A DNA stretch of 64,000 bases from positions 16,430,110 through 16,494,109 of the forward strand of contig NC_134030.1 in assembly GCF_964204645.1 (NCBI RefSeq), read 5' to 3'. Positions 63,671 to 64,000 of this stretch are shown piece by piece. Every line of letters starts with the position of its first letter. Positions within the stretch are counted from its first letter, which is position 1. Source of the stretch: Tubulanus polymorphus. Taxonomy: Eukaryota; Animalia; Nemertea. The notes under the pieces are model-generated. The model had not been told where the DNA came from. It was given only the letters and a program-made list of their open reading frames with translations, and ran no database searches. Made by a program: the position numbers and the translations under genes.

Positions 63671-64000
63671 GAAAAAAACCTAATTGTCATGATTTGAATT
63701 TGCAATCAAATAGCTTACACGTTCGTCGAAACATTTAAACATTCAGCCCGAGATTGTTTCTCATTCAACTCCTTTGATAAGGATTAAAACGGCGAAAAAT
63801 TATGAAATGATTGTAGTAAAGACGAATCAATTTCAGGGTTCGAATTTCAGGATTTTATCAGAACTATGGTTTCTTTTTAGATCCATTTTTAGTATTTTCC
63901 ATTCAGAAACTATTTCTGATATCTTGCAACTATTTGACTCAATAGCATCTCGGAAATGATTAACAAGAATTTTTATTTCACAATTACCATAGTCGGCTAA

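Overview
AT-rich animal (probably marine invertebrate) genomic DNA. The only host gene seen is an ASB1/ASB12-like ankyrin-repeat gene on the + strand, with coding exons at 178-379 and 39294-39514 joined in phase across a ~38.9 kb intron; no further exon was recognised. Nearly everything else is transposable elements, many nested with readable boundaries. (1) A young full-length env-bearing Gypsy-type LTR element (11816-21691, minus strand) has ~99% identical LTRs, a GCTG target duplication and TA...TA termini. Its gag and pol are in frame across a UAG followed by an 8-nt spacer and a stem (gammaretrovirus-like readthrough), env is probably spliced from a donor in the LTR, and the 801-aa F-type Env has an extra C-terminal membrane module. 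(2) That element sits in a non-autonomous piggyBac, which splits another piggyBac transposase. (3) A complete 9.4 kb IS3EU-type DNA transposon (45019-54461; 38-bp perfect TIRs, 6-bp TSD) carries a spliced integrase-like transposase and a convergent HECT ubiquitin-ligase gene; related TAYGG-ended MITEs occur elsewhere. (4) A 12.8 kb EnSpm/CACTA-like element has a second gene starting with a CIDE-N/PB1-like domain. (5) Also present: BEL/Pao, hAT, LINE, SINE and Helentron-associated remnants, an inverted pair of minimal hammerhead motifs, and a SET-domain pseudo-exon. All calls come from reading the sequence by eye; no searches were run.
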